This document shows, piece by piece, positions 23,573 to 35,100 of a DNA stretch of 64,000 nt. The first letter of the stretch is position 1; every line of letters begins with the position of its first letter. This stretch comes from Macrostomum lignano (Eukaryota), in contig NIVC01000269.1 of the NCBI GenBank assembly GCA_002269645.1, positions 310,001 to 374,000 on the forward strand. Direction: 5' to 3'. The notes below the pieces were generated by a model. The model saw only the letters and a program-made list of their open reading frames with translations, was not told the origin of the DNA and did no database searches. A program made the translations under genes and the position numbers.

Positions 23573-26500
23573 GCTGTCTTTGGTGCATCTGAATATAATG
23601 CTTAACTTCTGTAACGCTAAGACTTCTTTGCGTGCTACATGTAATATCTTTGCTTTTAATGCATGTTTATTTCTCTTCCTCTTTCTTTATATCTGCAATG
23701 GAGTGACACAGTGTATGTGCCTGTACATTTACTTGCTTGTGTATGCCAAATAAAAATTTATCACAATACTTCCAGTACTATATAAAGCAAGTCAATTCAT
23801 TTGGTATTTTATCTTAATAGGCGAATATCAATCAAGAAAAACGTGATATCAATGGGCCTTTTCATTCATATTGCTTGTTCTGGTTCCAGAACCAGAACCA
23901 ATTTGTGAAGTATAACTTTTTGTCTCCATAACTATAGAGGGAGATACGTGCTATAAATTAAGTATTTATTATTGAATGACAATCGCCAAAAAGAAAGTGA
24001 AAAATTGTGCTACATGTAAGTGAGGTTGTTAAGGCAGTCAAACATTCAACAGAGTTAAATAGTTATACTACCATTTTTCTTGGAAGATCCCAACCGATTT
24101 GTGATTCTGGAATTGGTAATATGAAAAGCCTTAATCTAATTCAATTATCATAACGAAATGCTGAAGATTTGTGTTGCTTTTTTAATAAATCCGGATAAAT
24201 CACACTTTAATCGTGAAGTTTCATTGGCAAAAAATACATGTATTATAAATACGTTCTAAACAGAAAACTTACAGTATTTAGCTGTTATTAATTGTCGCCG
24301 AAGTGATCCAAATGTGTCGCCGCAATGACTGTCGCCTAAGTGACTTGTCGCCGAAGTGACTGTCGCCGAAGTGACTTGTCGCCGAAGTGATTGTAATTCC
24401 ATAAAACAACCCAAAGGTCTCAACTCAAAAAAAGTCTGAGACTTCAACATTCCATAATGCATAAATTACGGTGGTGGCAGCTCTACCCTACTGTTAGTAA
24501 TCAGCTCAACAAAACGACACATTAAGTTACAGTGTCAATCTCTGGTGTCTACCATCTGAACAACCGTGCCACTCTAATAACCTTCATTTTGAATGTTTTA
24601 GGCCCTAGCTAAGTTCATTTTTGTTAAATAAATATTTTGGCAAAGTTTAACTTTAAAATTGCAATTGATCAAATTTGAATAAAAAGCAAGGTTAATTTTA
24701 AAGTTTATGTAGCCTAGCATAACATGGCTATGTTATACTTAATCTTATTTTATAGTTATGAAAGCAGTTTTAGCTTAGGCCTAGTTTGAGCCATTGAAAG
24801 TATTTATTATAATTTACTATATACTTTTACTTATGAAATTAGGGCCTATATAACAATAATTTTTACATGATTTATAGTAGGCCTAATATAAGGCCCCATA
24901 ATTTTATAGATGTCCTTTTTGGTGAAAATTCCTACATAGATAGGCTTTTGAGTAGCCTTTGATATGGATATTGGATATATGGATATATGGATAGTCATTT
25001 CTATTAACATGTAGCTATACACTTATTATGCAATAGCAAATTGTGTGCTAGGCCTACTATGTAGTATTGGCATGCCATATAGAGCATGCAATGATATAGT
25101 GCAAAACAGTTGATAGATAGGCCCCCTACCACTTGTAGCTCATAAGTCACAACCAAATTATAGAAAATCAAATAAACTGAATGAATATTTTAGATTCTAG
25201 TTAAAGTAAATATGTATTATTTTTCTAAATAAAATGAATATTTTTATAGATGTTTCATCAATTTTTTATTGATTTTTATAATGAAGCCAATACAAATTTT
25301 GAATAGTTTCGTTAAACTATTAACTTTTTTTTAAAGTTTGTCAAAAAAATTATAGATATACTAATAACCAAATGTCTATATCCAAATGTATATATATATA
25401 TATATATAAAGTATTTATTTTTAGTCATTGTTTTTTAATGTTAATCTTGATGAATTTCAACTTTTGTGAATAAATTAAAAAAATCCATACAGTGTAGATA
25501 TACAATTGTTGCAATTGCAGAAAAGTTCTTTTATAGATGCAACTGCAATTGTAGTTGCAGTTGATATTAGCTCCATGGCTTACTAGATCATTTATTATCA
25601 ATAATAGGTTAATAGGATACCAATTAAATATTGATTAGGAAATCCTTTTTGGCACTAGTCTAAAATTTATTATATACCTATTGATCCCATTGAGCAATAT
25701 TCCTTGGCTCAGTGCTAGCATTAAGTGCTTCAACTTTGTCTATGCTTATAGGCTAGGCTATGGCTTCTCCATGACAACATACCTCAAGCATGGTAGCCTT
25801 AATGATTGTAAAGATTTCTCTCTTGTTTGAGAATGGCCAAGATTTCCTTAGTTAGAATATTGGGATTGAATGTGCCAACAAAATCACTAGAGTAATCCAT
25901 TAGAAGGTTGATATATATTCTGCTAGCTTCTATTATAAAAAGCTTTAGTAGTATAGTAATATAGAATTGTAGTGCAGTAAAGCTTATAGTAACAGTAATT
26001 TCAACTCCTAAGTCTATTGCTTTTCCTATGCAAGCTTTTTATACACATACTGGCTATACATAGACAATTTTTTGGGCATTAAAGTTAAATTGACTATAAA
26101 TCAAGCTATAATAGCAATAAAACACTATAGAAGACATTATTTATATAGGCCTAATAAAAAATTATATAATGACCTTAAGCCTTCAGAGTTCTTGTACTAG
26201 TCTTAGCCAACTTCTAGTCATTCACTTGGCTAGCTTGGACTTAAAATAACACCTTTTATAAAGTGCATTAACTACTATTTAATGTTTTGCTAATGTAAAA
26301 TATATAAATCTAAAAGATTAAAATAATACAAAAGTATAAGACAAATAGCAAAAATGGGAATATAAATGTTAAGCCATGCCATTTAATATATAATGCTTGC
26401 TTGTTATTACAAATTAAATAATCTTAGCTGAAAGAAAATAAATATCACTTGAAATTAAGAATAGATTTATAATGATTTCATTTGTTGCCTTTCTATCTTG

Positions 26501-27472
26501 TGTATAAATTGTATACAATAGGATAAAACATGGGTCTCAATTCTTTTCTATATTGTGCTTGGCTAGAAATCTACTATTTTGTTTAAATTCACAACCTATA
26601 GCTATACAAAATTTGTATGATCTTTCTAGGTCAGTGACATTAGTGACACCCTAATATACTCTATTAATTTGGTCTTGATTTTAGCAGTGCAAATCTATCA
26701 TCTTAACCTGTTAACCAAAACAATGTATGTTTTTCCTTTCAAATAGAAAATATAAATTCCATGCTCTTGAAATAGATACTTAGGTATTTCAACCATTTTT
26801 ATAGATTCTTTTTGAGAAAGAGCCTAGTAACTTTGACATTTTTTGGCATAAGGAAATGGATTGCTTAATGTCATGGCACATTTAAGGCCAAAACACAGAT
26901 TCAATAGCCTTTATCAACATCTTCTCTATGCCTAGCTTGCACTATACTACACTATAATAAGCACTATACACTTGATAATTCTATTTAGATGACAAATCAT
27001 TTAAAGCATTATTTTAAAAGTGTTATTGCTTGCTTATAAAATTAAGCACATATTGCATAAAAGTCTAACTTATTTTTGACAATAAATGTCTTGCAATCTA
27101 GCAGCACTATTAGCACATGACTTGGCTTTCCAAACTGAGTGAAAACTATTGTCATTGGAGTAAAATTGTGTACTTTACCTAAAATATCTTGCAGAAAATT
27201 TGAATACTATTCACTTAGAAATTTCACAATGGTAGCATATCTCATTTCGTGACAGTCAATTTAGTGTAGTTGTTGCAAATGTAAAAAATGTATAGATTTT
27301 AAGGTACTTTTAGCCATGTGTATATATTACAAGTGTATAAATATTATGTTTTATATTACGTATTGATTATATGTAGAAATGCACCATATTTCCTTTCCAC
27401 AGTATCTCCCAATTAAAAGGTACCTGATTACCTGAGCAAAAAAAACGCAGAGGAAAAAGGCAACACTGAGTC

Positions 27473-28863
27473 ATGGCTCCCTTATTGCTCAGTAAATCTT
27501 CCATACCATTTGTTGCAACCCTGCTAGTATTGATCGGCCTACCATGTCTGCAAGTTGGCCTAGTTTATAAGCAGTTCTGGTATAGCGATTTGGCTATGGC
27601 TACGCAGCAAAGATTATCAAACTGCAGCTGCAGCTGCTACGATGGATTCCTAGAGGGTAGAGCCTATTACACTCTGGGTAGGCCGCATTTCTATTCTAGC
27701 GCCTATCGTCACGTGTACATCAATGGCGATCCTCAGAGTGCCGTGCTGTTAGCTCTGCTGTCATGCAGTGTTCTGTTGGTTTACAAAGCCATTGAAAGCG
27801 TTTGGCGTCTGGCTGCTTGGCGACCAAATTTAATTGTCGCCCTAGTTGCTAATTTGCTAGTTGCTTACGACTTGTTCTGGTCCACTTTTCAGGTAAGCAA
27901 ATCTGATGCCTTTGGTTCTCTGTTATTATACCTGCTTTATAGTGCAAAGTGTCCTTTATAGCTCCGGTAATAGTTGACTCATTTCCATTGTCTTCAGTTC
28001 CTGCAGCTTCATTTCCATTGTCTTCAGTTCCTGTAGCTTCATTTCGATTGTCTTCAGTTCCTGCAGCTTCATTTCCATTGTCTTCAGTTCCCGGAGCTTC
28101 ATTTCCATTGTCTTCAGTTCCTGTAGCTTCATTTCCACTGTCTTCAGTTCCTGTAGCTTCATTTCCAATCCATTCAGTTCCTGTAGCTTCATTTCCAATC
28201 CATTCAGTTCCTGTAGCTTCATTTCCAATCCATTCAGTTCCTGTAGCTTCATTTCCACTGTCTTCAGTTCCTATAGCTTCATTTCCACTGTCTTCAGTTC
28301 CTGTAGCTCTCATTTCCAAGCCATTCAGTTCCTGTAGCTTCATTTCCAATCCATTCAGTTCCTGTAGCTTCATTTCCATATTGTCTCGGGTTTCACTTGA
28401 TTTCACAGTTCCTATTCCTATCGCTTCAATGCAGCCTCAGAAAATCGGGTGCTGACACAATCTGTTCATTATTTAGGCGATCAACGCTGAAAGACCGACA
28501 GCCACGCTGCACTACTCGGTATTTTACGGCATGCAGGTTTGCCTATGCTGGTCCATCATACACCTGTGCTGCGCCAGTCAGACGCCTCGGCCTCTGCCTT
28601 TAAATTGGGCTGTCGTATTGAGTTGCGGACCTCTATTGATAAAATCTACTAATCTGTTGACTCTGCTGCAGTACGTTAGTCGCCAGGTAATGCTTAGAGA
28701 TTATTGGATGGTTTTACTGCACTCTATCGTTCACCTGGGCACTATGTTCTGTTTAAGTCGTTTACCAATTAGTCTGTGGAAACAGGTATTAATTAGTTCG
28801 CACCTGTTGTGCGTCGATTGCATTTGCATTGTTTGCATGTGGATTTTTAATATTCTCACCTAG
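27473..28863 (+). CDS. Uncharacterised multi-pass membrane protein (at least 2 exons; 3' end uncertain)
   Basis: Exon 27473-27892 (N-terminal TM, CSCSCYDG...YRHVYIN, further TMs). GT-AG phase-0 intron 27893-28476. Exon from 28477 (AINAERPT...RQVMLRDYWMVLLH) ends either at the donor at 28786 or at the stop at 28863. Confidence 0.7.
27977..28390. repeat. 30-bp minisatellite (AGCTTCATTTCCATTGTCTTCAGTTCCTGT)n in the intron of the membrane-protein gene
   Basis: About 14 copies. Explains ORFs 27849, 27949 and 27956. Confidence 0.93.
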
Positions 28864-29137
28864 ATTTGACCATTTTTTCAGTATGGTCGGTAGAGCTGCT
28901 TTGGCTTGTATAACAAAAATATTGCTCCGATTTCGATGTCTAATCCATGTGTTGCTTCACTACTGTGTATACCATAGTATTCTCTTTTGCTTCAAGGTTG
29001 TTGTCGTTTTGATTATTTTCTAATTTGATTTTTTTTCCAACATTATATTATTGCAATTAAACTGCTTTTAATGTGTTGTTAGATTAGTTTGCAACAGGTG
29101 TTCAGGCGTAAATCTGTGTTAAACTATCAGTCCAGTG

Positions 29138-29590
29138 TACACTGGATCCTAATTGCCCCCATGTACACTGGACCCTAATTACCCCCAGTGTCCACTGGAC
29201 CCTAATTACCCCAATATGCACTGGACCCTAATTACCCCCAGTGTCCACTGGACCCTAATTACCCGCAATGCACACTGGACCCTAATTACCCCAATATGCA
29301 CTGGACCCAAATTACCCCAATATGCACTGGACCCTAATTACCCCCAGTGTCCACTGGACCCAAATTACCCGCAATGCACACTGGACCCTAATTACCCCAA
29401 TATGCACTGGACCCTAATTACCCCAATATGCACTGGACCCTAATTACCCCAATATGCACTGGACCCTAATTACCCCAATATGCACTGGACCCTAATTACC
29501 CCAATATGCACTGGACCCTAATTACCCCAATATGCACTGGACCCTAATTACCCCCAGTGTCCACTGGACCCTAATTACCCCTCAATGTGC
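29138..29590 (+). repeat. 26-27-bp minisatellite (CACTGGACCCTAATTACCCCAATATG)n
   Basis: About 17 copies; reverse complement of the 31655-31870 array. Confidence 0.93.
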
Positions 29591-30554
29591 ATCGGACCAC
29601 TTTTTATTCGACAATCAGTGTCACGATAGTTGTAAATATTATCGCTTTAATTAGTAATTGATACTGACAATCAAATATGGTTATTGTGTACAACGATTTC
29701 AAATGCTTGATGCCAATGTGTGAATTGAAATCTTATTTTTAACCATAATAATGAATTTGTCTTTAACAAAGCAACACATTAAACCCACTCTAAATAGAAA
29801 CTATCATCTCTAAAGCAATAATATTAGTAAAAAAATTCTATGTCCAGCAATAGCTAATTTTCAGCTCACATTAACTTCCTTATTGCAATTTTTGTTAATT
29901 GTGAAAACATTAGCAATGAAAGTATTCCATGTTTATTTTTAAATATTTTGGAAATTTATTATTGCGCCTGCATATTTTTGTTAATTAAAACTTTAATAAT
30001 AATAATAATATTATTACTATTCAATAATACAGCTGCTTCCTTGGTACAGATTTCAAGTATTCACAATTTTAGATTTTGATTTAAAAGTGCGCCAGGCTGT
30101 CTTAGTAGTTAATCTATTTTTTTGTAGCGGTTCTTGCCCATTCAACCTTCTCCCAGCGAGTTGTTGAGGCGAATAAATCAACTAGAAGATTTTTATTGCT
30201 GTCTTTTTCAAGCAATTATTATGCTTCTAATGTGTATATATATACAAATCGTGTTGCTTCTATCAATATTTGATTATACTATTTTTATTGCTTTAACTTT
30301 TTGTCGCAGGCTATTTATTTATTAATCATAACGCCTGTGCTTTAAGCTATAGTGCAGAAATATATCTATATTTTAAATGCGTCTTGTGAACTAATCTATT
30401 AGAAGTTTTGTGTGAGTATTATTTTTCCTAATCTACATCAAATAGTATAGTGTAGCTTCATAGGGTTATAGCATTATGGAGTTTTTATTATAAGTTGTCT
30501 AAGTACTTCACTGGTAGACGCTTCGGCCTCTCGCAAAATCCATATAACAGCATT

Positions 30555-31486
30555 AAATCAAGATAACCAATCTAAATCCCCACACGCCTAACTCCCTACA
30601 CGCATAAATCCCCACACCTAAATCCCCACATACCTAAATCCCCACACACCTAACTCCCACATATAGCGGAATAGGCGACGCTTGCCTCCCCGCTGCGTCT
30701 TCGGACCGCCCTGCAGCTAAGTAACTCCCACATACCTAAATCCCCACACACCTAAATCCCCACACACCTAAATCCCCACACCTAACTCCCACATACCTAA
30801 ATCCCCACACACCTAACTCCCACATACCTAAATCCCCACACACCTAACTCCCACATATCTAAATCCCCACACACCTAAATCCCCACACACCTAACTCCCA
30901 CATACCTAAATCCCCACACACCTAACTCCCACATACCTAAATCCCCACACACCTAAATCCCCACACACCTAAATCCCCACACCTAACTCCCACATACCTA
31001 AATCCCCACACACCTAACTCCCACACACCTAAATCCCCACACACCTAAATCCCCACACCTAGCTCCCACATACCTAACTCCCACATACCTAAATCCCCAC
31101 ACACCTAAATCCCCACACACCTAACTCCCACATACCTAAATCCCCACACACCTAAATCCCCACACCTAAATCCCCACACCTAACTCCCACATACCTAAAT
31201 CCCCACACACCTAAATCCCCACACCTAACTCCCACATACCTAAATCCCCACACACCTAACTCCCACACACCTAAATATCCACACCTAGCTCCCACATACC
31301 TAAATCCCCACACACCTAACTCCCACATATCTAAATCCCCACACACTGAAATCCTCACCGAAATCACCATACCTAACTCCCTCCACCTAAATCCTGACAT
31401 AGAAATCCCCAAATCTAAATCCCCACACCGATATCCCCAAACCGAAATCCCCACACCTAAATCTCGACATCGAAATCACCACACCA
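30555..31486 (+). repeat. 15-16-bp minisatellite (CCCCACACACCTAAAT / CCCACATACCTAACT)n
   Basis: Tandem variants interrupted by a unique 54-bp island at 30667-30720. Same family as 49246-50230 on the opposite strand. Confidence 0.9.
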
Positions 31487-31650
31487 GGTGGCAGAGCAGC
31501 TCAATGGTAAACGTGTTTGACTCGTGCGCCAAGACCCCCTGGTTGGACCCCTGGAAAGTACATGCCTGAAGTGCCTGCGTACAGTATTGGCCTGCTTGTT
31601 TGTGCTCAGTAGTCAGCGGGATGGGCAGAATTGCTTCAGTGGCTGGTGAT
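31487..31650 (+). mobile_element. tRNA-derived SINE (head plus central domain, 3' truncated)
   Basis: A-box-like AGCTCAATGG and B-box-like GGTTGGACCCC. 31558-31628 aligns with 54373-54490. Confidence 0.6.
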
Positions 31651-31654
31651 GGTG

Positions 31655-31870
31655 TGGGTAATTAGGGTCCAGTGTGCATTGCGGGTAATTAGGGTCCAGT
31701 GTGCATTGCGGGTAATTAGGGTCCAGTGTGCATTGCGGGTAATTAGGGTCCAGTGTGCATTGCGGGTAATTAGGGTCCAGTGGACACTGGGGGTAATTAG
31801 GGTCCAGTGTACATGGGGGAAATTAGGGTTCATTGTACATTGCAGGTAATTAGGGTCCAGTGTACATGGT
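31655..31870 (-). repeat. 27-bp minisatellite (GGGTAATTAGGGTCCAGTGTGCATTGC)n
   Basis: About 8 copies, inverted relative to 29138-29590. Confidence 0.93.
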
Positions 31871-32147
31871 CCCACAGCCCTCGGTGCAATTTTCTAATCA
31901 TTGTTATTAAAGTGGTAATTGTTGTACTCGTAGTATACTAAAACTAGCTGTACCAGCAGATAGAAGAGTAATTAGTCATAAAAAAAGCCTAGTAGAATGT
32001 TTCAAAATAATATTCAGTAAGCAGTTTACTGAACATAATTTCAGCCGATGCTCTCTTCAACAACTAAAATCGTCATCAAGTCTTTGTCATCGTTTATAAA
32101 CTATTCATCTCCTATTTGTCCTGTCAAACAGTCTTTGTTAAATCTGA

Positions 32148-35100
32148 ATGACGTCCAGCAGCCCTAGTTTCAGTTGCAATAATTCGCCAATTATTTTTAA
32201 TCGAAATAGTAAAAGAATTGAACAAAATCTGCCTACTATAAGTAGTAGCAAGAAGTTGAATACTAATAACAGACAGAGCAATCATTTTCGCGAAGCCGAA
32301 CAAGACTTATCGGATATGATTACGCCGCAGAGGACGGAAAGTTTCACTCCAGCTGGAAGGCTGTTTGCTCAAAGAATGATGCAGCCTGGGTCTTCTGCTT
32401 CTAGGCCTAGCAGGCAGCAGCAGCAGCCCTTGTTATTCGCTTTGAGAAGCATCCATCTTAACGATTACGATAATCAGCCCTTGCTCACCAGGCAGCTCCA
32501 GCAGCAGGCTGTGGAACAGGACGAGCAGAGCCGAATAACAGATAACTGGATTATCCGGGACAGAGACGAATTGTACTGGTTCGACTGTTTAACAGTTTGG
32601 AGTCGTTGCCACGAACCCATGCAAACTTTTACAACACTGACGCCTGTACTAGCCGCCAGTTTTGTGTCCTTTCCTTTGTACACCGAACCGTTTGCCGCGT
32701 TCGACTTGGCCAGTTACACGTTCTATGGTAAATTGCAACAGCAGACTAAGTCCGGTAGCGGCAATGTCAAAGTCATGTCGGGTGTTGCTATGCTAGAGAA
32801 CGATTGCATTACATTTCTATCTGAGACTGGCTCCGAGCACAGGACTCGGGTGCCGTTTCCTTGTCAGCGTATGCTGGCCCATTCCGAAGGTCTGCTATTA
32901 GAAAGAGAAATTGTTGTCTCCAATGCAGCTACAGAAGATCCTAACTTGCCTGTACTGTTCTCATTGTCGCATCCGTTAGACGATGTTGCACCTGTGCTTC
33001 GACTAAAACAATCCGCCGCTCCTATTACTGTCGCTAATAGCACTGCGGCTGTTACTAATTACTTCACTTCTAGTTGCGGTAAATTAGTCTACGTCTGTCA
33101 GACAACTGGAGCTGCGTTTGTCTTGCAGGAGCAGCAACAGCAGCATATGCTCAGCTTGTACCGGCTCAGGTATATTACTGGTGCTGAACTGGCTGCCTGG
33201 CACAGGTTAGTCCTTGAATTGAATCCATTTTGGGATCATCTTCCCCAATGTCCAACCAGTTTTGGGATTATCTTCCCCAATGTCCAACCAATTTTGGATC
33301 ATCTTCCCCAATATCTAATCAGTTTGGGATAATCTTCCCCAATGTGCAACCAGCTTAGAATAATCCTCCCCAATATCCAACCAATTTGGGATCATTTTCC
33401 CCAATATCCAACTAGTTTGGGATCATCTTCCCCAGTATCCAATCAACTTTGGGATATTCTACTCTAATGTCCAATCAGTTAGGGATTATCTTCCACAATA
33501 TTCAATCATCTCTAAATATCATCTATATCATCTCTAAATATCCCCTCAGTTTGGGATAATCTTCCTCAAATGTCCCACAGTTTAGAACAATATTCCCCAA
33601 TATCCAATCAGTTTGGGCTAATCTACCCAATATCCAACCAGTTTGGGATAATCTTACCTAATCTACCAAGAACTTCACTTTAATCCCTGTCCACTCTGCA
33701 GGCAAGTGAGAGCCCAGTACCTGATGATGAGCACCCTAGCGGGCACAGCAGCCGCAGGCGCAGCAGCCCCACCTGGTCCAGTGTTTGACACGCCGTGCGT
33801 CAGAATTCCGCCAAGCCAGCAGCAGCCACAGCAGCAGCAGCCGCTCTCCGCCATACCAAAGCATCTGCTTCCAGATTCTCAGCGTCTGTCACTGTCCCCT
33901 GGAGCTGCGGCAAAGAATATTGCCTCTGTACAGCAGCAGCACCCTCACAATAACTCCCCATTGTACACTTCAACTCCTAGCCGAGGTGGCATCGGTTCTT
34001 TATTATCACCGTTGCGCTTAAATCAGCAACAGCAGCAGCAACAATTTCTGCAACAACAATTGCAACAGTTGCAACAACAGCAGCAACAGCCGTGCCAACA
34101 GAACCAATCTTTAACTTCTTTATTAGCTAATACTCAATTAGGCCAACTGGATCAGGCTCAGGAGCCCAGCCCGATTCAGCCCAGACTTGTACTCGAGTCT
34201 GTTTGGACTTCAGCTTTCCTTGAACAGCAGCAGCAGCAACAGCAGCAGCAGTTGCCCATTCTTGGAAAAATATTTGTAGCCGAAGATGCCTCAGGGTCCT
34301 GCCGGTACGCCTGCTATCACCTGCCTCGGGCCAGAGAGCTTCGTTGTATTCGCTTGAATGGCGGACTGACTAATTGGACTGTTGGCTTTAGTTCCGGCGA
34401 TCATGTGAGTTTTAATCTCATATTTTAATTGTTCGAAAAAATCCCTGTCTTCATCAAAGAATAAAAATCCTAATCTTCAACAAAGAATAAAAATCCCAAT
34501 CTTCAACAAAGAATAAAAATCCTAATCTTCAACAAAGAATAAAAATCACAATCTTCAACAAAGAATAAAAATCCAGGGATAAAAACCACAAGGATAAAAA
34601 CCCCAATCTTTAACAAAGAATAAAAACCCCAATCTTCAACAAAGAATAAAAACCCCAATCTTCAAAAAAGAATAAAAATCCCAATCTTCAACAAAGAATA
34701 AAAATCCAGGGATAAAAACCACAAGGATAAAAACCCCAATCTTCAACAAAGAATAAAAACCCCAATCTTCAACAAAGAATAAAAATCCAGGGATAAAAAC
34801 CACAAGGATAAAAACCCCAATCTTCAACAAAGAATAAAAACCCCAATCTTCAACAAAGAATAAAAACCCCAATCTTTAACAAAGAATAGAAACCCCAATC
34901 TTCAACAAAGAATAAAAATCCCAATCTTCAACACGTAGGATAAAAATCTCAATCTTCAACACAGAGGATAAAAATCCCAATCTTCAACAAAGAATAAAAA
35001 CCCCAATCTTCAAAAAAGAATAAAAATCCCAATCTTCAAAAAAGAATAAAAATCCCAATCTTCAACACGTGGCATAAAAATCCCAATCTTCAACACGTGG

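Larger units (their letters stand above)
19882..24399 (+). mobile_element. Mutator-like (MULE) DNA transposon, 4518 bp, apparently complete
   Basis: 107-bp TIRs at 19882-19988 and 24293-24399, each built from six CACTTCGGCGACA-type subrepeats. Identical 8-bp flanking duplication CATAAAAC at 19874-19881 and 24400-24407. Internal transposase gene. Confidence 0.93.

Noticed and set aside
27849-28455. Coiled-coil-like or mucin-like repeat ORFs (MEMKLQEL, ATGTEDNG)
   Set aside because: A 30-bp minisatellite inside a GT-AG intron whose flanking exons join in frame.
31487-31560. Possible tRNA genes here and at 54204-54270
   Set aside because: A/B boxes are present, but I could not build a complete cloverleaf or acceptor stem, and both continue into a shared SINE body.
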